The notes beneath the pieces are model-generated. The model worked only from the letters and a program-made list of their open reading frames with translations. It was not told where the DNA came from and made no database searches. From a virus (lineage: Duplodnaviria; Caudoviricetes), in IMG/VR virus record IMGVR_UViG_3300005573_000104, positions 1 to 60,003 of that record: a DNA stretch of 60,003 bases, one strand, 5' to 3'. Positions 10,092 through 19,966 of this stretch are shown here, one piece after another. Positions within the stretch are counted from its first letter, which is position 1, and every line of letters starts with the position of its first letter. A program made the position numbers and the translations under genes.

Positions 10092-10883
10092 ATGATTAAA
10101 ATTCATCAAATCTCCCCTGACGGGGAAAAAGAGGTTCCTATTCCACCGATTCCAGGATTTTTCAAGCTGGATAGAGCTAGACTGTTCGGGAGGCTCGAAT
10201 CGACTAGAGCCGGTAATAATTATAGCTGGCTCGCCTCACGACCTCTCCGGGAGCTGATGAATGCAGCTCCGTTTCAACCATACCTTGACGTCCTCCTGGA
10301 GGACGTTGAGGTCTACCTGCTCGGCTTCCATAAGAAGCCAGAGCATCCAAACATACGAATCGTTAACATACGTTTCGTTGATGACCCCCAATCGTGGTCG
10401 GGAGAGCGATGGGGAGCCGTCAACGAGGATATTCGCCCATACTGGGTGATATGGGGTGGAAGTCTTGTCGATAGTCCGGCTTTTGTCATGGCGGCAAAGG
10501 CTGAGGATTGCACCTTTCGAAAGGATAGACAAGACCTGTTTGATAGTCTTTATATGGAGTCCAACTCCAAACCTCTCTATCAGGGTCATTTGGAGGTTAA
10601 ACATATCTCCAAATTTAAAAAAGAAGATGAGGACTATTGGAGATGGCAACTTCCTGAGAAGTTTGAACATCTTGTTCATCACCCTAATAGGCCTGTTATT
10701 CTATACAACCACGCAGTTTTTGCTGAAAGCGTGGTTGCGCTTGATAATCAGCGCTTGGTCTATATCAAAGATCCACATTACCAAGGGCTGATCACAAGTC
10801 CTGATCATCCACTCGAGTCTGTACAACTTGGTGAGGGATGGTGGTTACTGCAACATCCTGTTCCAGCCGGAAGAGTAGATTAA
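10092..10883 (+). CDS. hypothetical protein
   Basis: GGAGG RBS; visibly higher GC than flanks; first gene after promoter copy 2. Confidence 0.7.
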   Translation: MIKIHQISPDGEKEVPIPPIPGFFKLDRARLFGRLESTRAGNNYSWLASRPLRELMNAAPFQPYLDVLLEDVEVYLLGFHKKPEHPNIRIVNIRFVDDPQSWSGERWGAVNEDIRPYWVIWGGSLVDSPAFVMAAKAEDCTFRKDRQDLFDSLYMESNSKPLYQGHLEVKHISKFKKEDEDYWRWQLPEKFEHLVHHPNRPVILYNHAVFAESVVALDNQRLVYIKDPHYQGLITSPDHPLESVQLGEGWWLLQHPVPAGRVD

Positions 10884-10910
10884 TATTTAAAAATAATGGA
10901 GGTAAGTAAA

Positions 10911-11234
10911 ATGACTTATGAAGAATTCGTCCAGGCAGAGAGAGAAAGGCTTTACGGGCCTGTCCGTGATGCAATCCGTGAAGGTAAACCCTTCACCACA
11001 CGCCAGTGCCAAGAGTGTGGTGCTGAGTCCACTTTGTTTTTCGGCTTTATTAGTGGATGTCGCTACAACGGAGGCTCTCATCAGAACATTGTTGAAGTTC
11101 CAACCGATCTCAAGAATGAGGCAAATAAGCTACGTGCAGCATACTCATGTGCGACGTGGTTTGATCGGGAGAAGTTTGATAAGTATTTCCCTTCCGATCT
11201 TGCAGAAAAGTTATTTTCAATGGTGATAAAATAG
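10911..11234 (+). CDS. hypothetical Cys-containing protein
   Basis: GGAGG RBS, CQECG motif. Confidence 0.65.
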   Translation: MTYEEFVQAERERLYGPVRDAIREGKPFTTRQCQECGAESTLFFGFISGCRYNGGSHQNIVEVPTDLKNEANKLRAAYSCATWFDREKFDKYFPSDLAEKLFSMVIK

Positions 11235-11248
11235 GAGGTAAGAAACTA

Positions 11249-11533
11249 ATGAAATTTACTCATCATTTTGTTATAGACCGAACCGAGCTGATAAAGCTTT
11301 ACGAGGACTCGGTAGCGAGTAATGATACCTTATCTTCTGTTCGCAACCTTGAACGGTACGAAGCTCCCTGGCTCGAAGACTGGTTGGGCGTTGATCGAGT
11401 CTCTATAGAGATTAAGAAATACTATATGTTGACCCCAAAAGGAGAAACCTATGAGGAGAGAGTATTCCTCGTGGTTGAGGATGACCCTGTCCTAGCCTGG
11501 ATAACTGAATTTAATCAAAAAGGTAGAGGTTAA
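11249..11533 (+). CDS. hypothetical protein
   Basis: AGGAGG RBS, 94 aa. Confidence 0.65.
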   Translation: MKFTHHFVIDRTELIKLYEDSVASNDTLSSVRNLERYEAPWLEDWLGVDRVSIEIKKYYMLTPKGETYEERVFLVVEDDPVLAWITEFNQKGRG

Positions 11534-11535
11534 AA

Positions 11536-12081
11536 TTGTTTGTCCCATCAAAGATATTTTTCACTAAAGGTGTTGGAAGGCACAAAGATTATCTTAGTTC
11601 ATTTGAGCTTGCATTACGTGATGCAGGAATTGAAAGATGTAATCTTGTGTCTGTTAGTAGTATTTTCCCTCCTGGTTGTAAAAGGATAAGTTTGAGTGAA
11701 GGGCTAAAAGAGATTCGGAGCGGTCAGATAACATTTACAGTTATAGCACGTAGTTCTACAAATGAACCAAACAGGCTTGTTGCTGCATCTGTAGGTGCTG
11801 CTATCCCCGCTGATGGAGGGCAGTATGGTTATTTGTCAGAATATCATTCTTTTGGTGTGAATGAGAAATCCGCTGGTGATTATGCAGAGGATCTAGCTGC
11901 ACAAATGCTTGCTACGACACTTGGCGTAGAGTTTGATCCAAATGTTGATTGGAATGAGCGTGAACAGGTTTTTAAGATGTCTGGAAAGATAGTGAGAACT
12001 TTTAATGTGACTCAGACCGCTGAGGGTGACAAGAATGGGTTATGGACTACCGTAATTGCAGCAGCTATTCTGTTGCCATGA
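11536..12081 (+). CDS. pdaD: pyruvoyl-dependent arginine decarboxylase
   Basis: [11 protein letters not shown], self-cleavage site [35 protein letters not shown]; ~180 aa. Confidence 0.9.
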   Translation: MFVPSKIFFTKGVGRHKDYLSSFELALRDAGIERCNLVSVSSIFPPGCKRISLSEGLKEIRSGQITFTVIARSSTNEPNRLVAASVGAAIPADGGQYGYLSEYHSFGVNEKSAGDYAEDLAAQMLATTLGVEFDPNVDWNEREQVFKMSGKIVRTFNVTQTAEGDKNGLWTTVIAAAILLP

Positions 12082-12096
12082 TAGTTGTTTTTAAAA

Positions 12097-12330
12097 ATGG
12101 ATAGAAAAACGTTACATAATCAAGCAATCAATTTTATTAGAGACAGGCTTGAACATGGTGCTTATACTTACGATGAAGTGTGTGAGTTATATTCGGGTTT
12201 CACTAGAAAAGCATTTTTGAATAGAAATGTTAAAAGAGAGCTCGAAAGATTGATGAATGATTATCCACTGTGGCTTGCACCGAAAGGATTTTGTTGTTTT
12301 CGTAGTGGAAAGATTAAACCTCAAAGATAA
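12097..12330 (+). CDS. hypothetical protein, paralog of 24382..24630
   Basis: Shared HNxA...GxYTYD...LY...NVxxE...PxW pattern. Confidence 0.6.
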   Translation: MDRKTLHNQAINFIRDRLEHGAYTYDEVCELYSGFTRKAFLNRNVKRELERLMNDYPLWLAPKGFCCFRSGKIKPQR

Positions 12331-12334
12331 GGAA

Positions 12335-13105
12335 ATGAAGAAATTCTATCCAGAAGGTTTTAACGAAGAACAGACTACGGTTTGGAGCTTTAAACAAAGA
12401 GGTAGTTGGGCAACACATAGTGGAGATTACAGAGGTAATTGGTCTCCGTATATTCCAAGAAATGTGATTCTTAAATATTCAAAGCCTGGGGAATTAGTTT
12501 TAGATTATTTCTGTGGGGGAGGAACAACTGCTGTAGAATGTAAGCTTTTGGGTAGAAAGTGTATAGCACTTGATATTAATGATAAAACTATTGAGCTAGC
12601 AAGGAAAAATGTAGGTTTTCAAATAGAATCACAGCAGTTTGAGGTTTATGAACCTGAACTTAAAGTTGGTGATGCTAGAGATTTATCTTTCTTACAGGAC
12701 AATTCTATAGACTTAATCTGTGCTCATCCTCCTTATTCAAATATTATTCATTATACTGATTCTAAAGAAGGAGATTTATCATTTCTTGATATAGAGGATT
12801 TTCTAAAAGAGATGTCAAAGGTTGCCAGGGAAAGTTTTAGAGTACTGAGTCCCGGTAGACAATGTGCTATTTTGATAGGGGACACTCGTAGAAAGAAACA
12901 CGTGATTCCGTTAGGCTTTAAACTTATAGATGTTTATTTAAACGCAGGATTTAAATTAAAGGAACTTGTTATTAAGAGACAGCATAATTGTAAGACTACA
13001 GGTTTCTGGTATACTAATAGTATAAAATATAATTTTCTCCTTTTAGCTCATGAATATCTACCTATTTTTGAAAAACCAGAAGGGTGTGATGAAAATTTTG
13101 GATAA
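12335..13105 (+). CDS. DNA amino-methyltransferase (TRM11-like, motif I before motif IV)
   Basis: YRGNWSPYIPRN, DYFCGGGTT, AHPPY, HEYL. Confidence 0.88.
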   Translation: MKKFYPEGFNEEQTTVWSFKQRGSWATHSGDYRGNWSPYIPRNVILKYSKPGELVLDYFCGGGTTAVECKLLGRKCIALDINDKTIELARKNVGFQIESQQFEVYEPELKVGDARDLSFLQDNSIDLICAHPPYSNIIHYTDSKEGDLSFLDIEDFLKEMSKVARESFRVLSPGRQCAILIGDTRRKKHVIPLGFKLIDVYLNAGFKLKELVIKRQHNCKTTGFWYTNSIKYNFLLLAHEYLPIFEKPEGCDENFG

Positions 13106-13589
13106 ACCTCAAACTACAACAGTATGGATTTTTTCTAATGAAAATTTTGAAAAACAGTTGGATGAAAATATAATTGGTAGGTACTCAAAAGATGATAGTT
13201 ATTCAATTATAACTTTTATTCCCCATTCTGAAAATAAAATAGATTTTTTAAAAGATAAGGAGTTGTTGTTTATTAAGTCTCCATTTTTGAGTAGTAACCT
13301 TTCTCATTTAATTATTAAACAGTATTTAAAGGAGATAAAAGAAATTGTAGATCGGGGGTTACCCAGCATAAGAAGGGGTGGATTCCTGGTAATCCAAACG
13401 CAGGATGTAAGAATAGATGGATATATAGAACCTCTAGCCAAAAGAATAATAGATATATTGGTAAATGATGACTTATGGCTTAAGGAAATAATAGTTGCTA
13501 CTAAACAAGGATTAAATTTAAATTCCCAAGAGTCAATAGATTATTTAAAAATAGTTCATCAGTATTTGCTCGTCTATGATAGAAAATAA
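13089..13589 (+). CDS. degenerate methyltransferase-like domain
   Basis: Resembles the upstream MTase (QTTTVW, GGFLVI, LKEIIV, HQYLLV) but lacks the FxGxG and PPY motifs. Confidence 0.6.
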   Translation: MKILDKPQTTTVWIFSNENFEKQLDENIIGRYSKDDSYSIITFIPHSENKIDFLKDKELLFIKSPFLSSNLSHLIIKQYLKEIKEIVDRGLPSIRRGGFLVIQTQDVRIDGYIEPLAKRIIDILVNDDLWLKEIIVATKQGLNLNSQESIDYLKIVHQYLLVYDRK

Positions 13590-14466
13590 CCAGAAAATTA
13601 CTAAGTTAGATATAAATTACAAGCGAACTTGTAATTGTCCCTTATCTCATATAAACTGCTTGACTGCAAAAGAATGGGTAAAAGGACAAGTTGCGATTTG
13701 GGAATTATACTATGAAAAAAGGGATACCCGAGATAAGGATATTCACCCTGCTGTTTTTCCAATCGCCTTGCCCAAAAAATGTGTTGAACTTTTTACTCAT
13801 AGAGGGGAATTAGTATTGGATCCCTTCGTCGGAATTGGCACTACACTAGTTGCGGCGAAAGATTTAAGTAGAAATGCTGTTGGTTTTGATTTAAGTCAGA
13901 AATATATCGATTTTACAAATGAAAGATTAAAAGAGTCTAATTTGTCTTTATTTAAGGAAGATACAAAACAAGTTGCTATTTGTGATGATGCAATAAACAT
14001 TCCTGGATATCTCGAGAATGAGACGGTGGCTTTATGCATTACTTCCCCGCCTTACGCCAACATGCTAAATCATAAAAGATTAAACAAAAGCCTGCGAAGC
14101 GATTTAAGAAATAATAAGCATTACAAAAAGATCCAGCAGTATTCCTCCAATCCACGAGATTTAGGCACAATGAAAATCAAAGAATATATAGAGGCGTTGG
14201 TAGAAATTTATAAAGGGATTTTGCCTCTACTAAAACCGAGAGCCCATTGCGTTATTAATGTCAATGACTTATGGGAAGATAATCATAGATATCCTACGCA
14301 CTCCTATATTATTGAAGCGATGGAAAAGATAGGTTATGAATTAAGAAATATTATTATTTGGGACAAAAGAAATTTAGTTAATAAGGTCGGTATTTTTGGT
14401 TATCCAAGTAATTATATAACATTGAGCACGACTTTCGAATATATACTTGATTTTTGGAAACCGTAA
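13576..14466 (+). CDS. DNA N4-cytosine/N6-adenine methyltransferase
   Basis: HPAVFP, DPFVGIGTT, then TSPPY. Confidence 0.92.
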   Translation: MIENNQKITKLDINYKRTCNCPLSHINCLTAKEWVKGQVAIWELYYEKRDTRDKDIHPAVFPIALPKKCVELFTHRGELVLDPFVGIGTTLVAAKDLSRNAVGFDLSQKYIDFTNERLKESNLSLFKEDTKQVAICDDAINIPGYLENETVALCITSPPYANMLNHKRLNKSLRSDLRNNKHYKKIQQYSSNPRDLGTMKIKEYIEALVEIYKGILPLLKPRAHCVINVNDLWEDNHRYPTHSYIIEAMEKIGYELRNIIIWDKRNLVNKVGIFGYPSNYITLSTTFEYILDFWKP

Positions 14467-14502
14467 AGTTATTATTTAACTAATTAGATGAGAGTATGAA
14501 TC

Positions 14503-14787
14503 ATGTTTAATGTTCCAGTAAAGCTATACGATGCTACTTCAGATCCAGATACTTTTTGTTTTAAGTGTGGTCACAGACTTACAAAGTCTAATTCCTGGTC
14601 TAGCTGGGAATGTATTGATTGTCATGAAACTGATCTGGAAGAGAAAGGAGTATATCGTAGAGATTTAATAGATGCATTTTATGAATATAACAGTCCTAAA
14701 ATATCAAAGTCTACTGTGGCATTAATTTCTTCAATTATTTTGTTGCCAATTGGTATTTTCTATTATAGAAAACTGAGAAGAAAATGA
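14503..14787 (+). CDS. zinc-ribbon protein with C-terminal transmembrane helix
   Basis: CFKCG...CIDC; hydrophobic VALISSIILLPIGIFYY followed by a basic tail. Confidence 0.55.
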   Translation: MFNVPVKLYDATSDPDTFCFKCGHRLTKSNSWSSWECIDCHETDLEEKGVYRRDLIDAFYEYNSPKISKSTVALISSIILLPIGIFYYRKLRRK

Positions 14788-15497
14788 GGATATGGTCTCT
14801 TCCTCCCAAAATGTTAGTAAATGTACTTTTGTTGAAGGAGCATATTGAACTTCATTTTGTCTTAAAGGAGCTGGATAAATGGAGTAGATTCTTTTTTGAG
14901 ATAAGGGAGTCTATTCCTGAGGATCTTGCTATGTATGTAGAGCACGGCGGTGTCTTTGTTTCAGATAAGAATATTCATATTCTTGATTATCTTTATTCTA
15001 AATGGAGGGAGATGGGTGGGCGTCATGGATTTTATTCTCGTAATCAGTATGAAGTTAAGAGGTTTTGGGGAAGGGTTCCTTATTTATATTTCTTGCATCA
15101 AGAATTAATAGAGGAGATGGAAATAAGGTTTCATAATCCTATGTCTAGTCATCCTACTAAGATTACATTGGATGATTTTCCAGATTTTCAGAAGAGCACT
15201 TTATTTACTGCTTTTACTGATTATTTTAATCCAGATAAGGATTATCTCGATATAACTGAAAGACTTAGGACTTATGTAAAGAATACTGGTGCTAGAGAAC
15301 CACTTAACATAGATATTATTAGGCTGTATTCTGCAATAAACAGCGGAGTTGGTGATATTTCCAAACTTATAGAGATTGAGTCATCAAGGGGGGTTTCAAG
15401 GGAAAGGTTAAAGTATTATTTAGCGATTGCTGATTTCCTTGAGAAAAAAGTTATAACTATTAATGATGATGGGAGCGATTTAGTAAATGCCGCATAA
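14784..15497 (+). CDS. divergent pyrimidine-dimer DNA glycosylase (DenV-like) family protein
   Basis: N-terminal MRIWSLPP...LLxEHxELH and internal HQELIEEMEIR resemble the Pyr_excise family. Confidence 0.5.
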   Translation: MRIWSLPPKMLVNVLLLKEHIELHFVLKELDKWSRFFFEIRESIPEDLAMYVEHGGVFVSDKNIHILDYLYSKWREMGGRHGFYSRNQYEVKRFWGRVPYLYFLHQELIEEMEIRFHNPMSSHPTKITLDDFPDFQKSTLFTAFTDYFNPDKDYLDITERLRTYVKNTGAREPLNIDIIRLYSAINSGVGDISKLIEIESSRGVSRERLKYYLAIADFLEKKVITINDDGSDLVNAA

Positions 15498-18195
15498 TAA
15501 CTGTAAGTTTTATGATTCCTGTCCTTTTGGTTCAAAGCTTCATTTAGCCAAAAATGTTAATATTCAGGGGGATGGATCAGAAGAACCTGAAATAATATTT
15601 TTAGGTATGAATCCTGGAGCTCAAGAAGATAATGAAAACAGAGTATTTGTTGGACCTTCTGGTAAATTGCTGAGAGATTCCCTTAAAGAACTTGATTTTG
15701 ATTTGAGTAAAGTAAGGTTTACTAATGCTGTAAGATGTCTTGGAAATGGGGAACCTCCTAGTGAAGTATTAAATATTTGTAGAATATATTTTGAGGAGGA
15801 ATTACTTAGATTTTCAAAGTCTGTTAAAGTTATAGTCCCTCTTGGCAGTTTTGCTTATTCAGCATTATTTCCGAGATCAAAGGATAGTATAATGTCAGTT
15901 GCTGGTCAGCTGATGGATTATAATCTTTCTGGGGTTACCTTTAAAGTAATTCCTAATTGGCATCCAGCATTTCTTTTAAGACAGGGTGTTCATCCATATC
16001 AGCTTAAAAAGTGGAAAGATAATTTTCTTAAAGTTAAACAGTATTTGAGGGGTGGCTTATCATTAACGGAGTTGCCGTATGAGATACTAACTCCTGATAA
16101 GTTTTTTGAATATGCAAATTTTTTACTGGAGTCTTATCATGATGGTAAGATTGATTCTATAGCTTATGATATAGAGTCGAATGGGGTTTATGGTGAAGAT
16201 ATTCTCCCTGCTTATGCCTGGAAATATGATATTATTACATTTTCTATAGCAGATTCTCTGACAAGAACTGGATATTCGGTTGGTTATCATCATAAAGACT
16301 TATTGAGCATAACTTCAAAAGAGGTTTTTGAGAAAGTAAGATTGACTATTCGAAAGATACTTGATACTATTCCTGTAATTGGTCATAATGTGAAATATGA
16401 CCTTGTTTATTCATTGATTCATTTTGGTACAAATAATTTTAAGATTAAGGATGATACTTATCTTCAAGCATATATATTTTATGGGAAATCCTCTGGGATG
16501 AGTTTGGCTTTGAAACCATTGGCAAGAATGCTTCTTGGAATAGATGATGAATGGGAAAAGGAAGTTAACTCAATTATACAATCTAAGAGGCTTATTAAAG
16601 ATCGTACTTTAGATAATGTACCTTTTGAAAAAGTAGCTAAATATAATGCTAAAGATGCTATCTCAACACTATTATTACATGAAGTTTTGGAGAAGAAGAT
16701 AAATAGCCATCCTAAATTTCTTCCGGTTATTGATTTGTTGAGAAGAGCATCTGAAATGTTTACTAGAATTGAGGCATATGGACTTTCTGTTGATTTTGAT
16801 CTTGTAAATAGGTTAAATAGTTTTTACTCAAGTTATTCTGAGGAAATCTTTTATAAGATAACAGATTATGATGTTATTAAGAAATTTTTAGCTAGTAATG
16901 GTAATAAGATTAATTTGATATCTTCTGAACATTTAAGGAAGATATTTTTTGATTCTCAGTATATGGGATTACCTGCTAAAGGATTTACAAATACAGGTAA
17001 ACCATCAGCTAGTAAAGATGTGATAAAGCAGATTATTGAAGAAAATAAGGACAGTGCCTATGGACAGTTGCTACAACTTATTAATGAATATAGGAAGATT
17101 AATCTTGGTTATATAGCTAAGTATTTGAATCCAATAAAAAGTCAAACTGTCGATGGAATGTTTAAGCCTCAGTATTCTTTAGGTTTTACTGAGACTGGTA
17201 GGTTATCAAGCTTCTTTCATACCTTTCCAAAGAAAGGTGAAATTAAGAGACTAGTGAAATCTAGATGGTCAGATATTGGTGGAGTGATTCTCCACGGTGA
17301 TTATTCTCAACTGGAGTTGAGGGTTTTGGCTGGGGTTTCTAATGAGCCCTCAATGATTCAGGCTTTTAAGGATGGTAAAGACATTCATAATGAGGTTGCT
17401 TGTGCTATTTTTAATGTTAAACCTGAAGAAGTTACTAGTGATATGCGAAAGCAAGCTAAGTTTACTGATTTTGGTATAGTATATGGGGAGGGAGTAGAGG
17501 GTTTGATGAATAGGCTTGGTTGTAGTAAGGCTAAGGCACAGAGTCTATTCGATATGATGTTTCAGAGGTTTCCTAAGATTAATGATTATATAAATTACTG
17601 TTATGACTTTGTTGAAAAGCACAAATATATTGAAACTTATTTTGGAAGAATAAGAATTTTGAAGGATATTGATTCTAAAATTCGTGGGGCTAAGAATGAG
17701 GCAAGACGTCAGGCTCAAAATACTCCGATTCAGGGTACTGCTAGTGATATTTGTCTTGATTCTGCTGTTAGGATTGATGATTGGTATAGAACTAATGGTC
17801 TAAACAGTGTAGTTATTGGTTCTGTTCATGATTCCATTCAGCAGGATGTTTATCCTTCAGAGCTATTAACTTGCTTGAAAAGATCTAAGTTTTTCGCTGA
17901 GGTTCAGGCAAGTTTTAGATATCCTTTTCTAAATGGGGTTCCTTTGAAGGTAGATTGGGAGCTGGGATGTTCATGGGGAGGGGGAGTAGAGTTCAGTACT
18001 GATGATTTTGTCAATTTTAAAATAGAAGGTTATGAATCTGATATTGAGGATTTATTTAAGAGACTTAGTATGAATTATAATGTTACACTTGGTTCAGATT
18101 TTGTTGAGGGTGAGCCGGATGATGAACAGGAGGTACCATTAAGCAAAAATTACGGTCATAAGGTTAAAGGCTTTATGACAATAAATTGGAGTTAA
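15487..18195 (+). CDS. family A DNA polymerase with N-terminal uracil-DNA glycosylase domain and 3'-5' exonuclease
   Basis: UDG4 motifs GMNPGAQED, FVGPSG, TNAVRC, HPAFLL; exonuclease YDIE, GHNVKYD, YNAKD; PolA DYSQLELR, RKQAKFTDFGIVYG, IQGTA, VHDS. Confidence 0.95.
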   Translation: MPHNNCKFYDSCPFGSKLHLAKNVNIQGDGSEEPEIIFLGMNPGAQEDNENRVFVGPSGKLLRDSLKELDFDLSKVRFTNAVRCLGNGEPPSEVLNICRIYFEEELLRFSKSVKVIVPLGSFAYSALFPRSKDSIMSVAGQLMDYNLSGVTFKVIPNWHPAFLLRQGVHPYQLKKWKDNFLKVKQYLRGGLSLTELPYEILTPDKFFEYANFLLESYHDGKIDSIAYDIESNGVYGEDILPAYAWKYDIITFSIADSLTRTGYSVGYHHKDLLSITSKEVFEKVRLTIRKILDTIPVIGHNVKYDLVYSLIHFGTNNFKIKDDTYLQAYIFYGKSSGMSLALKPLARMLLGIDDEWEKEVNSIIQSKRLIKDRTLDNVPFEKVAKYNAKDAISTLLLHEVLEKKINSHPKFLPVIDLLRRASEMFTRIEAYGLSVDFDLVNRLNSFYSSYSEEIFYKITDYDVIKKFLASNGNKINLISSEHLRKIFFDSQYMGLPAKGFTNTGKPSASKDVIKQIIEENKDSAYGQLLQLINEYRKINLGYIAKYLNPIKSQTVDGMFKPQYSLGFTETGRLSSFFHTFPKKGEIKRLVKSRWSDIGGVILHGDYSQLELRVLAGVSNEPSMIQAFKDGKDIHNEVACAIFNVKPEEVTSDMRKQAKFTDFGIVYGEGVEGLMNRLGCSKAKAQSLFDMMFQRFPKINDYINYCYDFVEKHKYIETYFGRIRILKDIDSKIRGAKNEARRQAQNTPIQGTASDICLDSAVRIDDWYRTNGLNSVVIGSVHDSIQQDVYPSELLTCLKRSKFFAEVQASFRYPFLNGVPLKVDWELGCSWGGGVEFSTDDFVNFKIEGYESDIEDLFKRLSMNYNVTLGSDFVEGEPDDEQEVPLSKNYGHKVKGFMTINWS

Positions 18196-18219
18196 CAATT
18201 AATAAAATAGGAGGTTAAA

Positions 18220-19326
18220 ATGTTTGGTGATATAATGGATCTTGATAAGGCATTGGCGAATGCTGAAACTCTTGATAAGGAAATAATTCCATCTGTTGTT
18301 AGGCTGAAGAATGTTAGTTTATTAGATGTTGAGACTATTAGTATTGGGCATGATACTTTTAATTTGACTGAGAAGGCTAGCAAATCGTTTCATAAGATAT
18401 TGGAAGTACCATTCACATTTAGTAGGTCATTAAAGAATAAATATTCCGATACGTGGCAGCAGTTGATTGATGCTCTGAGAAATAAGAAAGAGCTTGATGT
18501 GGCATTGGCAATTGACTATTCTGGTAGGAATGGTGTGTCTGGTTTAATAAGAAATGTTTATACACCCAACTCTCATCCAATTTCATTTTCTGATTTTGTT
18601 AAAATTGCTGAGAAAGTTGCTAATGAAAGTCATAGACGTGTTACTTTTGACATGACAAGGGAATTTCAATTTGCTACTTTTGGAAATAATGATTCTGATA
18701 AGTTTGCTATTGATGGTTCGGAAGTATTTTTTAGAAATGTTTCTGTATACAACTCTCCGATAATGCTAGATTCTGCTGTTGTTTATTCATCAATAGAAAG
18801 GATAGTTTGTTCTAATTTAATGTTACTTTCTAATGTTAGAAAGTTTTACCATAGAATAGTGCCTATTTCTGCTGAGCCAGGAAGGTTATTAGAGGCTAGT
18901 TTGTATTCTTCAATTCTTTCCAGGAGTGATATAAATAATTATACCAGAGAAAGATATGAGATTATGAAGAAGTATAATGCTTCTCTTATGGAATTAAATT
19001 TTGCTTATAATGTTCTTAAAAAATATTATGCTGAGGATGATCAAAACCTTCAGAATATATGGAATAAGCTTTCTCAGACAATTAGTGAATTTAAGCTTTC
19101 TTATCCGATAAAGAAGAAATCAGTGAAATGGCTTTCATCAGCAGAGAGCTCTTTCAAGTACTGGGACTTGTATAATGACATGACATATCTTAACTCACAT
19201 TCGAAGATGAGTAACTTTTCATATTCTCCTATGGAAGTACCTGTTTTTATATCCTCATATTTTTCTAAGAATCCTGATCTGGTAGATATTGCTCCGTCAA
19301 GAGGTAAGTTATATGAACAAAATTGA
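18220..19326 (+). CDS. DUF932-like phage protein
   Basis: ERIVCSNLM resembles the RxVCxNG motif; AGGAGG RBS. Confidence 0.5.
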   Translation: MFGDIMDLDKALANAETLDKEIIPSVVRLKNVSLLDVETISIGHDTFNLTEKASKSFHKILEVPFTFSRSLKNKYSDTWQQLIDALRNKKELDVALAIDYSGRNGVSGLIRNVYTPNSHPISFSDFVKIAEKVANESHRRVTFDMTREFQFATFGNNDSDKFAIDGSEVFFRNVSVYNSPIMLDSAVVYSSIERIVCSNLMLLSNVRKFYHRIVPISAEPGRLLEASLYSSILSRSDINNYTRERYEIMKKYNASLMELNFAYNVLKKYYAEDDQNLQNIWNKLSQTISEFKLSYPIKKKSVKWLSSAESSFKYWDLYNDMTYLNSHSKMSNFSYSPMEVPVFISSYFSKNPDLVDIAPSRGKLYEQN

Positions 19327-19966
19327 TGAAACTAATGGTGTCGGTTCTAAAAGCCAGGGAACCTTGATTTATTTGGATGGTATAGGTGGTGTTGGAAAAT
19401 CTACTCTAGCTAAAGCATTTTCGGAGAAGTACAGTTATAAAATGTATGAGCTTCCGGGTAAGCTATTTCCAGAAATTGAAAAGTATGCTAATAGTTTGGA
19501 AATTGATAAAAAGGCAAAGTTTTTGGCTAATTCTTTATCCCGTGCTTTAACATATCCTCTGATTATGAAGGATATCCTTGAGGGTATTAATGTTATAGTT
19601 GACGGATCTTTTTTGTCACCATTGGTATACCAATCCATTATTGATGATATTGATATTAAGATACTTTTTAATATTGAATTGGATCTTCTACAACCTCCCC
19701 TTCCAACTTTGTTTGTTTTAGTAAAATCAAAGAAAATTACTGATGGTGGTGAGAATATTCTTAATAAAGAAGCGCAGGAATTTCAAAGAGTGTTTAATAG
19801 TGCTTATGACGATCTTTTCAGTCTTTTACGATCTAATAAGGTTATTTTTTATAATAATATGATATCAGTAGATTATGATGTTAATGAGTTATATAAAGTT
19901 GTAGTTGAAAGATCTTCTAACCAGGTAAAAGGTACTTCTAATATTATTCAAGTAGTCCGTGATTAA
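19313..19966 (+). CDS. thymidylate/dNMP kinase-like P-loop protein
   Basis: IYLDGIGGVGKST, ELPG, VIVDGSFLS.LVYQ. Confidence 0.75.
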   Translation: MNKIDETNGVGSKSQGTLIYLDGIGGVGKSTLAKAFSEKYSYKMYELPGKLFPEIEKYANSLEIDKKAKFLANSLSRALTYPLIMKDILEGINVIVDGSFLSPLVYQSIIDDIDIKILFNIELDLLQPPLPTLFVLVKSKKITDGGENILNKEAQEFQRVFNSAYDDLFSLLRSNKVIFYNNMISVDYDVNELYKVVVERSSNQVKGTSNIIQVVRD

